A stretch of 63,518 nt of DNA, the filler included, from Trichomonas gallinae (Eukaryota): the NCBI GenBank assembly GCA_008369845.1. It is 7 parts of 7 records of this genome, joined end to end, with 100 filler letters (N's around TTAATTAATTAA, not from the genome) between each part and the next. Parts side by side here need not be neighbours in the genome. Positions count along the whole stretch, not along the records: positions 43,053 to 53,303 come from MRSU01000549.1; positions 53,404 to 58,343 come from MRSU01000551.1; 5 more parts are not named here. One strand, 5' to 3'. The notes below the pieces were generated by a model. That model saw nothing but the letters and a program-made list of their open reading frames with translations, was not told the origin of the DNA and searched no databases. This document shows, piece after piece, positions 45,628 through 56,740 of this stretch. Positions within the stretch are counted from its first letter, which is position 1; each line of letters starts with the position of its first letter. Position numbers and translations under genes: made by a program.

Positions 45628-46131
45628 ATTTATATTTATTTTACGTAAACGCTCTAACTTTAAATCTTGATTTTTTTTTTTAGAAACATTTTCTTAATAT
45701 TGAACTACAAATGTTGAAAAATCCACGAAATTACACGATTTATTTGATTAAGTTAATGATATTTGCAGAATTATTAGATTTGAAAATTTTAATTTTGATT
45801 ATATATGACTTAAAGCCATCAAAGTTTAAAAAATGAAGTCCAAATTTAATGTTTTGTTGTGGATAAATCTAGATATTGCTAGATTTATTTAGAAGGATTT
45901 ATATTTGATAGGAATCAAGCAATTTTGAATAGAAGAAGTTATGCTTTATATGGAAGTTTTGACTCCTACTGATTATTTTTACACATTATTAAGGTATTTA
46001 TTTAGAAAGACAAACATTTCGATTTTGTAACAGTAAAACGATGATATGATAATTCATAGCAATAGTATTGTTAACTATTGATATCTCAAATGCATTTTAT
46101 CGATCGCATTTGAATATTTGCAATAAACAAG

Positions 46132-46737
46132 TTATTTTTTACCTCCTACAGACTTCTTGGAGGAGATTTCATACGGTAAATCATTGCCAGCCTGATAAAT
46201 GATAGTATTTCTGAACGAGGAATGATCTCTAACAGCTTCGTAGTGTTCTTTGTATTCTAGCTTTGTATCTGCTGGGAGTTCTAAGGCGGAGCACAGCGCC
46301 CGGCATATTTCGTGGCGGACCTTCTCAGCAGAAGCTGTTCTATTCCAAATACTGATAATATCTTCATTAAGTCTAACAGATATGACAGCGCCAAGTGCAT
46401 CTACTGGAAATTGCTCACCGATGAGAGCCATGATTAATCTCTCCCAATAATATGATCCTAATCCTTTTTTAAGTCTAATTATCCATTTTCCGCCTTTTAC
46501 GTTGTCTTGATCTTCCCAAATCGCTCGAATACCGTTCCTGAACAGGTGGTAGTCTGTTGGTGGCTCCAGATCGTTCGGCCTTTTCATGTGGCTGTAAATA
46601 GACCAAAATCCTTCAATTGTGCTGAATGATCCAAGACTGTGAATGTTCTTTTCGTAATTGTCTGCTGTTTTGGAGCCAGGAGCACGATAAAACATGTAAA
46701 AATTCCATGTTGATGCTAAAGGCGTCGATTTCTTCAT
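46132..46737 (-). CDS. eIF4E-family cap-binding protein (class II/4EHP-like)
   Basis: TIEGFWSIYSHM, DYHLFRNGIRAIWED..N..GGKWIIRLKKG, LIGEQF, ISIWN; start MKKST at 46737. Confidence 0.9.
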   Translation of the reverse strand: MKKSTPLASTWNFYMFYRAPGSKTADNYEKNIHSLGSFSTIEGFWSIYSHMKRPNDLEPPTDYHLFRNGIRAIWEDQDNVKGGKWIIRLKKGLGSYYWERLIMALIGEQFPVDALGAVISVRLNEDIISIWNRTASAEKVRHEICRALCSALELPADTKLEYKEHYEAVRDHSSFRNTIIYQAGNDLPYEISSKKSVGGKK

Positions 46738-46891
46738 TATTAAAAGTGACAATGTAACAAAAGTGACAATTTCATCAATCAAAAATTTTAGGGGCAAAAA
46801 CAACTATTGAGGTGACTTTGCCAATCATAATTTGTAAATATTTTACATGACAAAAGCATAATTTACATGATAATAAGTCAAAATTCATTTT

Positions 46892-47830
46892 CATGGAGTT
46901 TGACCAAGTCGGCAGTGCTCAATTCATACCATCGATGATAAAAAATGACACTCTCATCGAAGTTCTCGATCAAGTTCAGCTGAATAAGTGCTTGAAGCAC
47001 ATTACTCTGAATGTCGACGATTCACTATACATTTTCGATAAAGTTTAGTCTCAATTCGAAGATACAGATAGATTTAAGGCCATTCAGCATATTATTACTG
47101 ATTTTGGCGAAGGCAACAAATTCGATTATAAGCTGTTTGTTGATTTTATCAAATAATTAGGTAGATGTCTCTAATTTGACATCCTAGATTCTATTGCAGT
47201 CATCTTTGAGTCTTCATTTTCCAAAATTGACCAACTTTCATCCGATTTCGAACAAATATCACCGAAAACGGTCACAAAACTTGTATTTGGTGTATATACT
47301 CAACCACAACAAACATCCACACCACAAGCACAAGCAGTAAACAAAAACATTGAAGAATTAAAAAAGATTCCGAAAACAGAAGAAAAGAAATTTGCAAAAT
47401 AATTGCAACAGTTAAAGACAAATATGCCATATCATTTGCCGTCAGAGAGAATTTTGTTTACGTCACAGAAAGTTGGCAAAAAACATTTTCACAACAGTAG
47501 TTTATTATAGCAATCAAGACTTGGTTCGTCTTTTGATCGAATCTGGAATTGATATTAACTGTGTAGACAATTTACTACAACACAGCTTTGATTTATGCGT
47601 CAAGATATTGCAAACATGAAGTTGTCAATCTCCTTCTCACAGTTCATGGAATAGATGTCAACGCAAAAGATTTTCACAACAGAACAGCTTTGATTTGGGC
47701 TTCATATAAAGGTGATCAATATGCTATCAAACTCCTTCTCGCAGTTCCTGGAATAGATGTCAACGCAAAAAACAACTCCGATGAAACAGCTTTGAAATAT
47801 GCTTCAAATTTTGGACATGACGCGATTTAA
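46892..47830 (+). pseudogene. Ankyrin-repeat pseudogene
   Basis: GIDVNAKD...TALIWAS..G repeats at 47540-47830; upstream coding-like sequence is broken by stops and frameshifts; no ATG for the ankyrin ORF. Confidence 0.7.
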
Positions 47831-48005
47831 TTAATTTGTGAATTTTTAACAAACATTGGCTTAATCATAAATATGTTATATTTGAAACTTCATAACAACA
47901 AAAATATCTTCCTAATAATGATTTATCCTCATTGCTGTTAGATTCAAATGTAAATATAATGTTTGGATAAAAACGAACAAAAAAATTCGATTTTAGTGAT
48001 AAATC

Positions 48006-49991
48006 TTATAAATTCATCCAATAATTCATAGCATTGATAATTTCCTGGTCACGATGAACATAAGTGTATCCTGTTCCACCTGGATATGCTCTGGCGTTAG
48101 GGTCGTATGCCTTTGCGTATGGTCTGTCTTTGCAACCATTGCATGTTTCAGTGCATTTGCTGCAGGAAGACAAACCATCAGGAATTCCATGTGCACCACT
48201 GTTCAAGAAGTAATAAGACGACAGAACACATCTGATTGGGAAGTCATCCTTGTTGTTTGACGTTCCAACTGGATTCCTGAACAGTTTGACTTCGAAGTTT
48301 CTGTGACTGTTTGAGTCACAGCCTCTTACCAAAACGCATCCATCGTTATACATGTTTCTCGATGACGATCCATCGTTTTGCTGGTCGTGATCATCATTTT
48401 GGATGACTTTCCTTCTGTTGTCTAAAGCGCCTCTGTCGGTGTATGGATTGTTAGGATAGTCAGCCCACCAGATTTTGATCTTTAGAATTTCATCATCAGT
48501 CAAACCGTTTTGTTTGAGTTTTCTTGTCAAACCAGTTGTGAATGAATATTCGCCATCCAATTCGACTAAAAGTGGAGCTTCTCCTCCTGTTAAGACTTCA
48601 AGCCATGAAATGAAATCATCAGGAAGCTTTCCGCCAAGTCCTGCTTTAACTTTCTGGAATATTGCTGCCAAGTCTGTAGGGTGGATATGTTTTGCAGCAT
48701 CAATTCTATATCCACTGAATCCGATAGAAATCAAATCAACCATGAAGTCAGCTATTCTCTGCCTAACATATTCCTTTGATGTATCCAAATCAGACAAGCC
48801 AACGAGCCAACCAGACGACAAAACAGTTGGATCAGCCCATGAATCACACGGCTTATCGCAGTGAAAATCTTCTGGTCCATAGGGGACGCCAGGGAATTCC
48901 AATACATCTGTTCCCTTTCCTGTTCTTGGGTTGATCTCATATGTATATGCTGGAGTGTAGAATGGAGAGCCGAGCTCGAACAATGAAGATGTTTTGTTTC
49001 CCCATTTCGTGCATTGAGCACCAGGATTTCTGTGATTGGACAAATCATTGCCGTTGCCTGTCATGTGGTTAACAACAGCATCAGCGTAGACTCTGAGACC
49101 GTATGATCTGCATGTGTTGATCATATTCCTCAACTGGTTTCTTGTTCCCATTCTGCCGTCGAGTTTATATGAAACTGGTTGATACATGAAATACCATGGA
49201 TTCATTTCCCACTCATAAGGCTGGAAGCTCATCAACTGCTCTTGGTGAGGAAATATCTTGACACCGAGGTACCCTGCTTCTGCAATATGTTTGCATTCCT
49301 GAGCAATGTCATCATCAGGCCAGCCAAATAATTCAACAATTGCTCCTTTCTGGCCATTTCTATATTTTGCATCATTTTGACGCTGTTTTATTGGTGCTGC
49401 ATTCCATGCGAAGTCGACATCAGGAAGCTCAAGTGTTTCACCTGTTGATGCAACAACTTTGATCTTCAAAACTTTGTTGTATGATGAGTCAAAAGATTTT
49501 GAATTCGATTTTTGTGCAATTCCATCGAAATAATATGTCAAATCAAGTGAATGAGATGATTTGATAATTACATTGACTGTGCATGTCTTCATTCCGGCGC
49601 CGTATTTGAGCTGTGGATAACCTGCGAGTGTGGACATATCTTGAAATCCTGGTTTCCAATTTTCTTCACCTCTTGCTGGCGTGTTCCATCTGTGATTAAA
49701 GAACTTCTCATCCATCTCTGTCTGTGTTCGTGATTTGCATGAAAATGAGGAATATACATCACAATTATTTAATGTATCATATTGATTTGATGTTGAATAT
49801 GATCGTTTGTTTCCAGTTAAGGCAAATGCACAAAGCATGCCAATAACCATGCCAACAAACAAAGACGCGGCAATAATCACACCAAATTTAAGTAAATTCT
49901 TCTTGTTAAAGAAAGATGGCTTAGTGCTTATTGTACTATAGTCCTCCTTATCTAAATCGCCAAGCAGCTGCTCATCATTTGGAAGCCCCAT
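48006..49991 (-). CDS. Alpha-amylase (GH13), type II membrane-anchored
   Basis: YQPVSY, DAVVNH, GYRIDAAKH (nucleophile), WLEV, NDDHD; N-terminal TM; Inr-like TCAGTTCATT upstream. Confidence 0.93.
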   Translation of the reverse strand: MGLPNDEQLLGDLDKEDYSTISTKPSFFNKKNLLKFGVIIAASLFVGMVIGMLCAFALTGNKRSYSTSNQYDTLNNCDVYSSFSCKSRTQTEMDEKFFNHRWNTPARGEENWKPGFQDMSTLAGYPQLKYGAGMKTCTVNVIIKSSHSLDLTYYFDGIAQKSNSKSFDSSYNKVLKIKVVASTGETLELPDVDFAWNAAPIKQRQNDAKYRNGQKGAIVELFGWPDDDIAQECKHIAEAGYLGVKIFPHQEQLMSFQPYEWEMNPWYFMYQPVSYKLDGRMGTRNQLRNMINTCRSYGLRVYADAVVNHMTGNGNDLSNHRNPGAQCTKWGNKTSSLFELGSPFYTPAYTYEINPRTGKGTDVLEFPGVPYGPEDFHCDKPCDSWADPTVLSSGWLVGLSDLDTSKEYVRQRIADFMVDLISIGFSGYRIDAAKHIHPTDLAAIFQKVKAGLGGKLPDDFISWLEVLTGGEAPLLVELDGEYSFTTGLTRKLKQNGLTDDEILKIKIWWADYPNNPYTDRGALDNRRKVIQNDDHDQQNDGSSSRNMYNDGCVLVRGCDSNSHRNFEVKLFRNPVGTSNNKDDFPIRCVLSSYYFLNSGAHGIPDGLSSCSKCTETCNGCKDRPYAKAYDPNARAYPGGTGYTYVHRDQEIINAMNYWMNL

Positions 49992-50912
49992 CTAGAGAAA
50001 TGAACTGATTGATTTGTTCTCTCAAAATTGGCTAAATCTCACAAAAAATAATCTTTACCGCGTTCACAATACTCAAATAGTCGATTTTAGGACTTGTCTT
50101 TTAATATAGAACTGTGTTTTTCGTTTTTTTAACCTAAAATCAATTCAATTCATAAAAATATCATTATTTTTTTAAAAAAATTATTAGAAATAAGATTACT
50201 ACAAATAAATTATTTTATCCACATAATTAAAAACAATAGATCCCTGAATTAATTTCAAAATTTTTTTTTAGTATTATGCAATCTTTGGGTTGACACCAAT
50301 GATAATTTAGACCGATCAGATATTAAAACAAATCCAATAAGAGATTACAACAATATGTTTTATATTATTAACAAATATCTTTCATTTCGATGCAAATTCC
50401 ATCGATAAGAATGCATATATGATCAATAAAAATCCCTTTGTCACTGATACACATCCCAAAGATGAAAATGATTATAAATTAATACTAAAGCATTTTTTTT
50501 TGATTGATTGGATGATACTGATGCTGTGATAATTATATATTCCTAAGTTTCATGACAAGATTATCAAATATATTATATCTTCAAATGCTGTTCTTGTATA
50601 TATTGTATACATAAGTCATACATTAGCCGTATCTTCATGCATATATTGTATACATCAGTTCCTAATATGTAATATCATTGATATTTATTTTTATATTTAT
50701 GAAATATTAAAATTCAATGAAAATTAACATGTTTTATATATGTTTTGCACGTAGTAATCCTAGGATATGAATATATTTTTTGATTGGCCGCGACAAAACA
50801 ATATGAAATGTGTAAGACTCGGTTTTGGACAGTTACAAGCTGGTAAATATGGATAAAAATAATAAGAGAAAAAAGATGAGTCAATTAAAATCACTAATAA
50901 AACAAAAAAATT

Positions 50913-52274
50913 TTAAGCAACATATCCTGTTGACACGGATTGAAGAGCTTGACAAAATTGGTTACAAACAGTTTCTTTTTCAAACGCTATGGAATACTTC
51001 TTATGCTCATCACCAGGCTCTATAACTAAAATATACGGATAATTCTTATGGCTCAAGTTTGGAGTGACTCTCGTGTATTCTGGAAGCACGAGAACTCCTT
51101 TAATACGTCTTGAATGCTCATTATCACGCCAAAGAAGACATCTCGCTGAAGCATAAAAATCGAAATATCTTTTCTGCCAAGTATTATGCGCAATGCCTCC
51201 TTTTTTCACGCCATACGCGTGAAGGATCTTGGGTGTAATCAAAATAGCAGACTGAGTTCGAATACGTCCAAACTGATGATCACCTGGCTTAATACTCACG
51301 CTTTCGATCTTATACTTTCTGTGCGCAACATTAGTCAAGCCTCTTACAACCTCATAAGGAGAGGATTTCATAATATGAGTACAAATAGTATTAGCATCTT
51401 CTTGAATCTTTTTCAATTTCGATATTGGTGGCTGCACTAATATAGAATGCTTATGCGCCACTGGTTTTTCGCATTCCTCAGGCAGTTCTTTCATAGTAAC
51501 CGAATAGGGAGACCTACATAACTTAATTATTTGCGACTCGCAATAAAAATGCTTGCCGAGTGGTGGATTGTCTATCTTGGAGTGATTCATGAGTAGAAAT
51601 TCCATATCTTTATCAGACGATCCAAGGATTGCTACGTTTGTTGGTAAATATTGTAACATCGGCGAATTCTTCTGACAACATCGTTTAATACATTCATTAA
51701 CGATAGCATATGAATGCTTAGAAAGGAAAAGTTTCAAAAACGTTTCCGCACCGTATTGCGGATTTTGATCAATTAAATTGCATATGTAGTCGATATTTGA
51801 CGACATCAGTTGATGTCCAATTTCGCATTCTATGAGTGTTACTATATCGGGAAGCTTCAATTTCAAAAATGAATCTTTCGATTTCTTGAATATTTTTTGA
51901 ATTAAGTCTTTGTAAAATGAAATGTTGTATACGTCTAGAGAGAAGTAGAATGCGTGTTCTGTAGCTAAGCAATGCCTGCAACATTCTATCAAAAAACAAA
52001 GAATTTGGTAATTTGTTTCGTCATCTAGCTTTTCTATGAATGCCGATGCAAATTTAACGAGGTTAGGGGTTGTTGCAGCATGGAAAATTGAGCCATTCTG
52101 ACTTCTAAAAAATAAAGATATTAAAGCTTCACAATATTGAGGAAATATCTGAAGAGTTTCCCGAGCGTTGTTCTCTAGTTCGTAGTTGAGCAATCTCAGA
52201 CCACGCTTGCACTGAGAAGATATGTTAGATCTTAATAATACAGAAAAATTCATCAAATAATTGAAAATTGACAT
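50913..52274 (-). CDS. Protein with C-terminal PH domain
   Basis: YGVKKGGIAHNTWQKRYFDF...IKGVL...F.IAFE...F.QAL. Confidence 0.8.
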   Translation of the reverse strand: MSIFNYLMNFSVLLRSNISSQCKRGLRLLNYELENNARETLQIFPQYCEALISLFFRSQNGSIFHAATTPNLVKFASAFIEKLDDETNYQILCFLIECCRHCLATEHAFYFSLDVYNISFYKDLIQKIFKKSKDSFLKLKLPDIVTLIECEIGHQLMSSNIDYICNLIDQNPQYGAETFLKLFLSKHSYAIVNECIKRCCQKNSPMLQYLPTNVAILGSSDKDMEFLLMNHSKIDNPPLGKHFYCESQIIKLCRSPYSVTMKELPEECEKPVAHKHSILVQPPISKLKKIQEDANTICTHIMKSSPYEVVRGLTNVAHRKYKIESVSIKPGDHQFGRIRTQSAILITPKILHAYGVKKGGIAHNTWQKRYFDFYASARCLLWRDNEHSRRIKGVLVLPEYTRVTPNLSHKNYPYILVIEPGDEHKKYSIAFEKETVCNQFCQALQSVSTGYVA

Positions 52275-52576
52275 AAAAATTTAGAATACAATAACACTCA
52301 CTACGCTGTTGTAGTAGAATTGGGGATTTATTGCTTCACTTTTACCTGATGATTTGTCCCTGCGGCGAGTTTTGCGTCTGTAGTGTTTATATCAGCTTTA
52401 CCGCGACCGTTCGGATGAGACCGAAATATTTCTTCAAAATCTTCCAATTATTCTCGATAAAAAGTTATTGCGCAATATAAAAATTCTTGGATTTGTGAGG
52501 ATTTTTTAATATAGATCATGTGTATATGAATATAAAAAACAAAAATACAGAATAAAAAAGCAAATTTAATATAAAA

Positions 52577-53303
52577 TTATAAAGATTCGGCAAAATCAAT
52601 TATCTTCTGGAAGTTATTCGATACTTTCGTGTAAAATTCGACACCACGCTGGAGGTTGTTAATGGCATCTTGTACCATTTTTACAGATAGATTATATTTT
52701 TCATCAGATGGAATATTTTGGGCTCTGAGGATTGCAATTTTGTCTTCGACATTAGAAATAGCTTCATTAAGAGTTGGCTGATAATATATGCTGAAATTTG
52801 TAGTTTGATAAAATGAAATATTTTCTTCAAGAACCAAAATTGCTGTATTGTTTGATTCTTGATCAATTCTGAATGTTTCGACAATGCCTTCAAGATTCTG
52901 ATCAGCTAGATATGCCTGATCCAATGCCGATTGATATTTCGCGAATTGCACGAAAATATTCTCAGCAACTTGGGGCTTCTTCCTATTAAGGGCTGCTAAC
53001 GCGAGATCAGACAGTGTTAATGCCTGATTTCGTAATCCGAGAACTTTCTTGAGCTGATCCTCTGCTTGTGGAAGTGCACTGCTAACATGCTTCTTCCTCA
53101 AAGCAAGGGCCTGACTAGCAACCTGCAGATATGTGTTAACCAATTGCTGAATAGATGGCTCATTATCTGGCTTCAGAACAATTGGCTGAACATTTGTATT
53201 TTGGGGCTCATTATCTGGCTTCGGAACAATTGGCTGAACATTTGTATTTTGGGGCTCATTATCTGGCTTCAGAACAATTGGCTGAACATTTGTATTTTGG
53301 GGC
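52577..53303 (-). CDS. Hypothetical helical protein, 5' truncated by gap, with 16-aa tandem repeats
   Basis: The frame stays open upstream of 53143 into the gap: (EPQNTNVQPIVL/PKPDN)x3 from 48-bp repeats at 53157-53303. Confidence 0.7.
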
Positions 53304-53413
53304 NNNNNNNNNNNNNNNNNNNNNNNNNNNNNNNNNNNNNNNNNNNNTTAATTAATTAANNNNNNNNNNNNNNNNNNNNNNNNNNNNNNNNNNNNNNNNN
53401 NNNACTCTGCTGA

Positions 53414-53581
53414 AGACAAGTGGCATTCGCTCTTACCAGTTTCTAAAAAAAGATGAAAGAGTTTAAACTTTCTTCAGGCGCAAATGTCTGATATTGCTAA
53501 CATCTTATATTTCTTGAAACTTTACGCGTCAAATCTGACATGTAAACTGTCACTTTTCGTTCCGCATTTCGGTACAGAACA
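53414..53581 (+). mobile_element. Right-end TIR of the TGT...ACA family (middle segment replaced)
   Basis: agacaagtggcattcg.tcttac matches the inner TIR; tttacgcgtcaaatctgacatgtaaa...ttcggtacagaaca matches the outer TIR at 57479-57653. Confidence 0.8.
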
Positions 53582-54338
53582 AGATTTCGGATCTTACAAA
53601 TGATGATTTAATTCAGATAGAGGTTTAACGAGTTAAATCATATGGAGTTTTATGATTGTGATCTTTTCGCATTACTTGATTTTATATCTAATATCGACTA
53701 TCCAACTATATTTGCATTTGATTATGTTCGAATATAATCAATAGTAAAGTCGATATATTTATCAGATTTTTAGATTTAGCTACAAATCACGAAAAATATT
53801 CTGAACAAATTATGGACAGTATATTTTCAACAATTGATGATTAAATAAGTCAATACAATTTTGGGTTTATATTCAGCAATTTTTTTCAACATTATTCTGA
53901 AAAAATATATTGTCATCACAATCACATGATATGCCATGCAGTGCATAGGCTCCCTATTTTTTGCTCACCTAATTTTTTTTCTTTTAGCGGCCGAAAGGCG
54001 GAACCTTTCGGCCGCGATTTTTTGCGTATTTCTCATCCCAATAACGTATTTTCCGTATAACCGCCGCATGCTTATATCTTCGGTAAAATTCATTTGACAT
54101 CGGTAAAAAATAATTTACATGTCAGAAAAAATTAATTTGACATTCAAGGTTGACGATAAATTTATATTTATCTATAATTTAATAATATGACTGATATTTG
54201 ATGCAAAAATACAAAATTTATTCTTAGTTTGGAAATTGGAAAAGAAAAATGATTAATGTATTAGTGACATGAATATATTCAGACTGTATCAACATATATG
54301 AAGATATAACAACAGATTTCTAACTAAACACAGCTTCA

Positions 54339-54692
54339 GCTATGTAAACTCAACAGATTGCTATGCAAACACAATAGACAGCTAGTTAGTTAACAATGCA
54401 CAATAGATCGCTAAGCATACACAGTAGATAGATGTAAGCACAGCAGATAGCTATATAAAGACAACATATTGCTATTTTGACACAACAACAAACATAATTG
54501 TTATATAATCAGATCGCTAAATAAACACAGCAGATTGCTTTTTATATCTACGAATTGTTGTGTAAATACAACAGATCATTTTGTAAAGACAGCAAACTGC
54601 TATGTTTACCTACAAATTGCTATGTAAATTTAACTAACTGTCAATTAAACATAACTAATTGTCATGTAAACGCAACAAATAGCTATGTAAAT
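54339..54692 (+). repeat. Degenerate ~21-bp minisatellite (consensus ~GCTATGTAAACACAACAGATT)
   Basis: Recurrent gctatgtaaa / cacaacagat / cacagcagat units. Confidence 0.7.
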
Positions 54693-55108
54693 ATCATGAT
54701 AATGATAAAACTATACTTTCCCCTGTTATTTATTATATTTTTTTGAATATTGTGATATATCTGATATCAGCATATTTATTTGAAATATTAATATAAACAT
54801 ATTTGTACTTGTGTATTTACGATAGAAGTTTCCATCCTTTGCTCTTCCTAATTGGGTCTATAAAATTCAAATTGGTAAAACAATTTGAAATAGATAATTG
54901 TTGGAACCTGGTTCCCATAGGGAGACCTACTTTATACAAAAAGTGACAAGTCAATTAACCTTAAATAAAAACAGGAGGCGCGGTCTCAATTTTTTATTAA
55001 TTTTAAATTTAGAAAGATATTAATGTTTTGTGAATATTTAATTGTAAATATATGAAATTGAATATAAAAATGCAGTTTATTTGAAAAATTTTAATGGAAA
55101 GTAAGCGT

Positions 55109-55297
55109 TCTGCCGTTGCTGGCCGCGAAGACTCTAGCCCTCGACGAAGGGTCAGAGGAGGCCAGCAATGGCAAACACTCATTACTTATTGAGGAGAGAG
55201 ATTCTCCATGTCCACCAAATCAATCATATCTGCCGTTGCGAGCCGTGAAGACTCTGGCTATTCGAAGGGGCTTAAGAGGAGGCTTGCAACAGCAGAT
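55109..55297 (+). ncRNA. Two tandem related stem-loops with a K-turn-like internal loop (putative structured RNA)
   Basis: Copies at 55109-55175 and 55228-55297, with compensatory changes in the long stem. Confidence 0.4.
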
Positions 55298-55639
55298 TAG
55301 ATTAATATGTTGTACAGAGAAAGTCTTTCTGCTCAAAGAATAAACACTTTTAGAGTCTGAAAAATATATAAATGTTATCTACACATAATGCCGTATTACT
55401 CTTACGTTTTTCATTCTCTTTACAATTTTAGAGTCTTCAAAAAATTTGCATAGTAGAACCTACACTTAAAAAATTACAAACATACAACTTTAGCTATTTC
55501 GTATCTATCATCCATCAGGATGCTCTAGTTTGATTTTGAAGTTAATTTGCCGCAATTTTTTTTAATCTGATCATGTAAACCCCTTCATGTCATTAATTTC
55601 TAAAAGTTTTTATACAGCATCATTGGTTACCAACTATAT

Positions 55640-56287
55640 TCGATCGATTCTTTCTCCTATGTTGTCTCCCGCCGCCTGACTCTGGCTTGTACATTAACAT
55701 AGGAGAAAGAATCTATCGACTCCAACTTCTGATGCATCAATGGCCCATACACATGCGTAGAACGATTTCTCTACGCATGTGTATGGGCCATTGATGCATA
55801 AAATGAAGGATTTAACTGAGGACGATTTCGAAATATCGAAATTGTCCTCAGTCCCAGCCAAGAGAAGTGGGCAGCTTCAGCCTTCATGCCAGAATCGGGT
55901 TATGCTCTGATGCTGGGATGAAGGCTGAAGCTCCCTGTCTTGCTACTCATTATATGAGCAAAATTTTTTTTAAGTTCGGCTTTTTGGCTATCTTTGGCGC
56001 TGTTTGCAGCCATCATGTGCGTGGTGGATGCACAAAGCGCCAAAGATAACCAAAAAGCAGAATTTTTTGCATCGAAGTTATCTCGGCAACAAAACCGAGA
56101 TAACATTGATTTATATATATATATATATTCATTTTTTATTTTAATTACAATATCGCCCTTGTATCACTTGAATATTACATATCCTTATCCTCATGTAATT
56201 GAAATACTTTTCAAATAGGTTTAAAGCAGTAAATGGACTTGACCTCATTTCTGACACTTACGCGTCAGAAATGAGGTCAAGTCCATT
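55640..56287. repeat. Array of seven unrelated long hairpins (inverted repeats)
   Basis: 55640-55719 (24 bp), 55732-55799 (30 bp perfect), 55815-55852 (17 bp), 55869-55935, 55979-56058 (38 bp imperfect), 56071-56110, 56232-56287 (24 bp perfect). Confidence 0.92.
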
Positions 56288-56309
56288 GACATGCATTATA
56301 TAATCTACG

Positions 56310-56740
56310 CGCATCGAGGATGGAAAACCTATAATCTAAGAAGAAGTTCAAGATTTTGGCTGCTGGAAACCAGTGCACGATATCACCATTGTTCCTTAAA
56401 GTTCCTCACCCCACAGGCATTGTCACATGCTGTCCAGATGGGAAAGTCATGCTGCCTTTAATAATTCTACCGAATTTAAGAAGTACAAGTGCCATCAATA
56501 GTGATGGCACTCCGCTGTTGTCTAGTCCATGTTGTTGGATTAACAAAGGTATGTTCTTTTATATAAATATATTGCATTTTGTTTCTTATATTCAAGAAAA
56601 GCGGATGTTTCAGATGTCCGAGCTACTCAGAAATGAAACGGTGCTGTTGATATTGGACAAGCTATCCGTCTCGAATGAATTAGCCAGCACTCTTACTTGC
56701 AGCCTTATTTAATATTGAGGTGCAGTTCTTATCTCCGATA
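56310..56740 (+). pseudogene. Degenerate pogo/Tc5-like DDE_1 transposase fragment
   Basis: SKKKFKIL...HPTGIVTCCPDGKVMLPLIILP...SSPCCWINKGMF...LRNETVLLILD...NIEV follows the DDE_1 pattern (T...G..lPP.II; sGW.t...F; LLILDgh); frameshifted. Confidence 0.6.

Noticed and set aside
52290..52430. GC-richer intergenic stretch with CTGATGA and GAAA (hammerhead or C/D snoRNA candidate)
   Set aside because: Could not form the hammerhead stems and found no suitably placed D box.
53157..53303. 48-bp repeats as a CRISPR-like array or + strand ORFs
   Set aside because: No spacers; they are in-frame coding repeats of the minus-strand gene.
55228..55297. SECIS element
   Set aside because: Not in the 3' UTR of any UGA-containing ORF; the helix and apical AA geometry do not fit.
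55640..56287. CRISPR array or integron attC cassette array
   Set aside because: No conserved direct repeat between units, no cas genes, no consistent RYYYAAC/GTTRRRY boxes; eukaryotic context.
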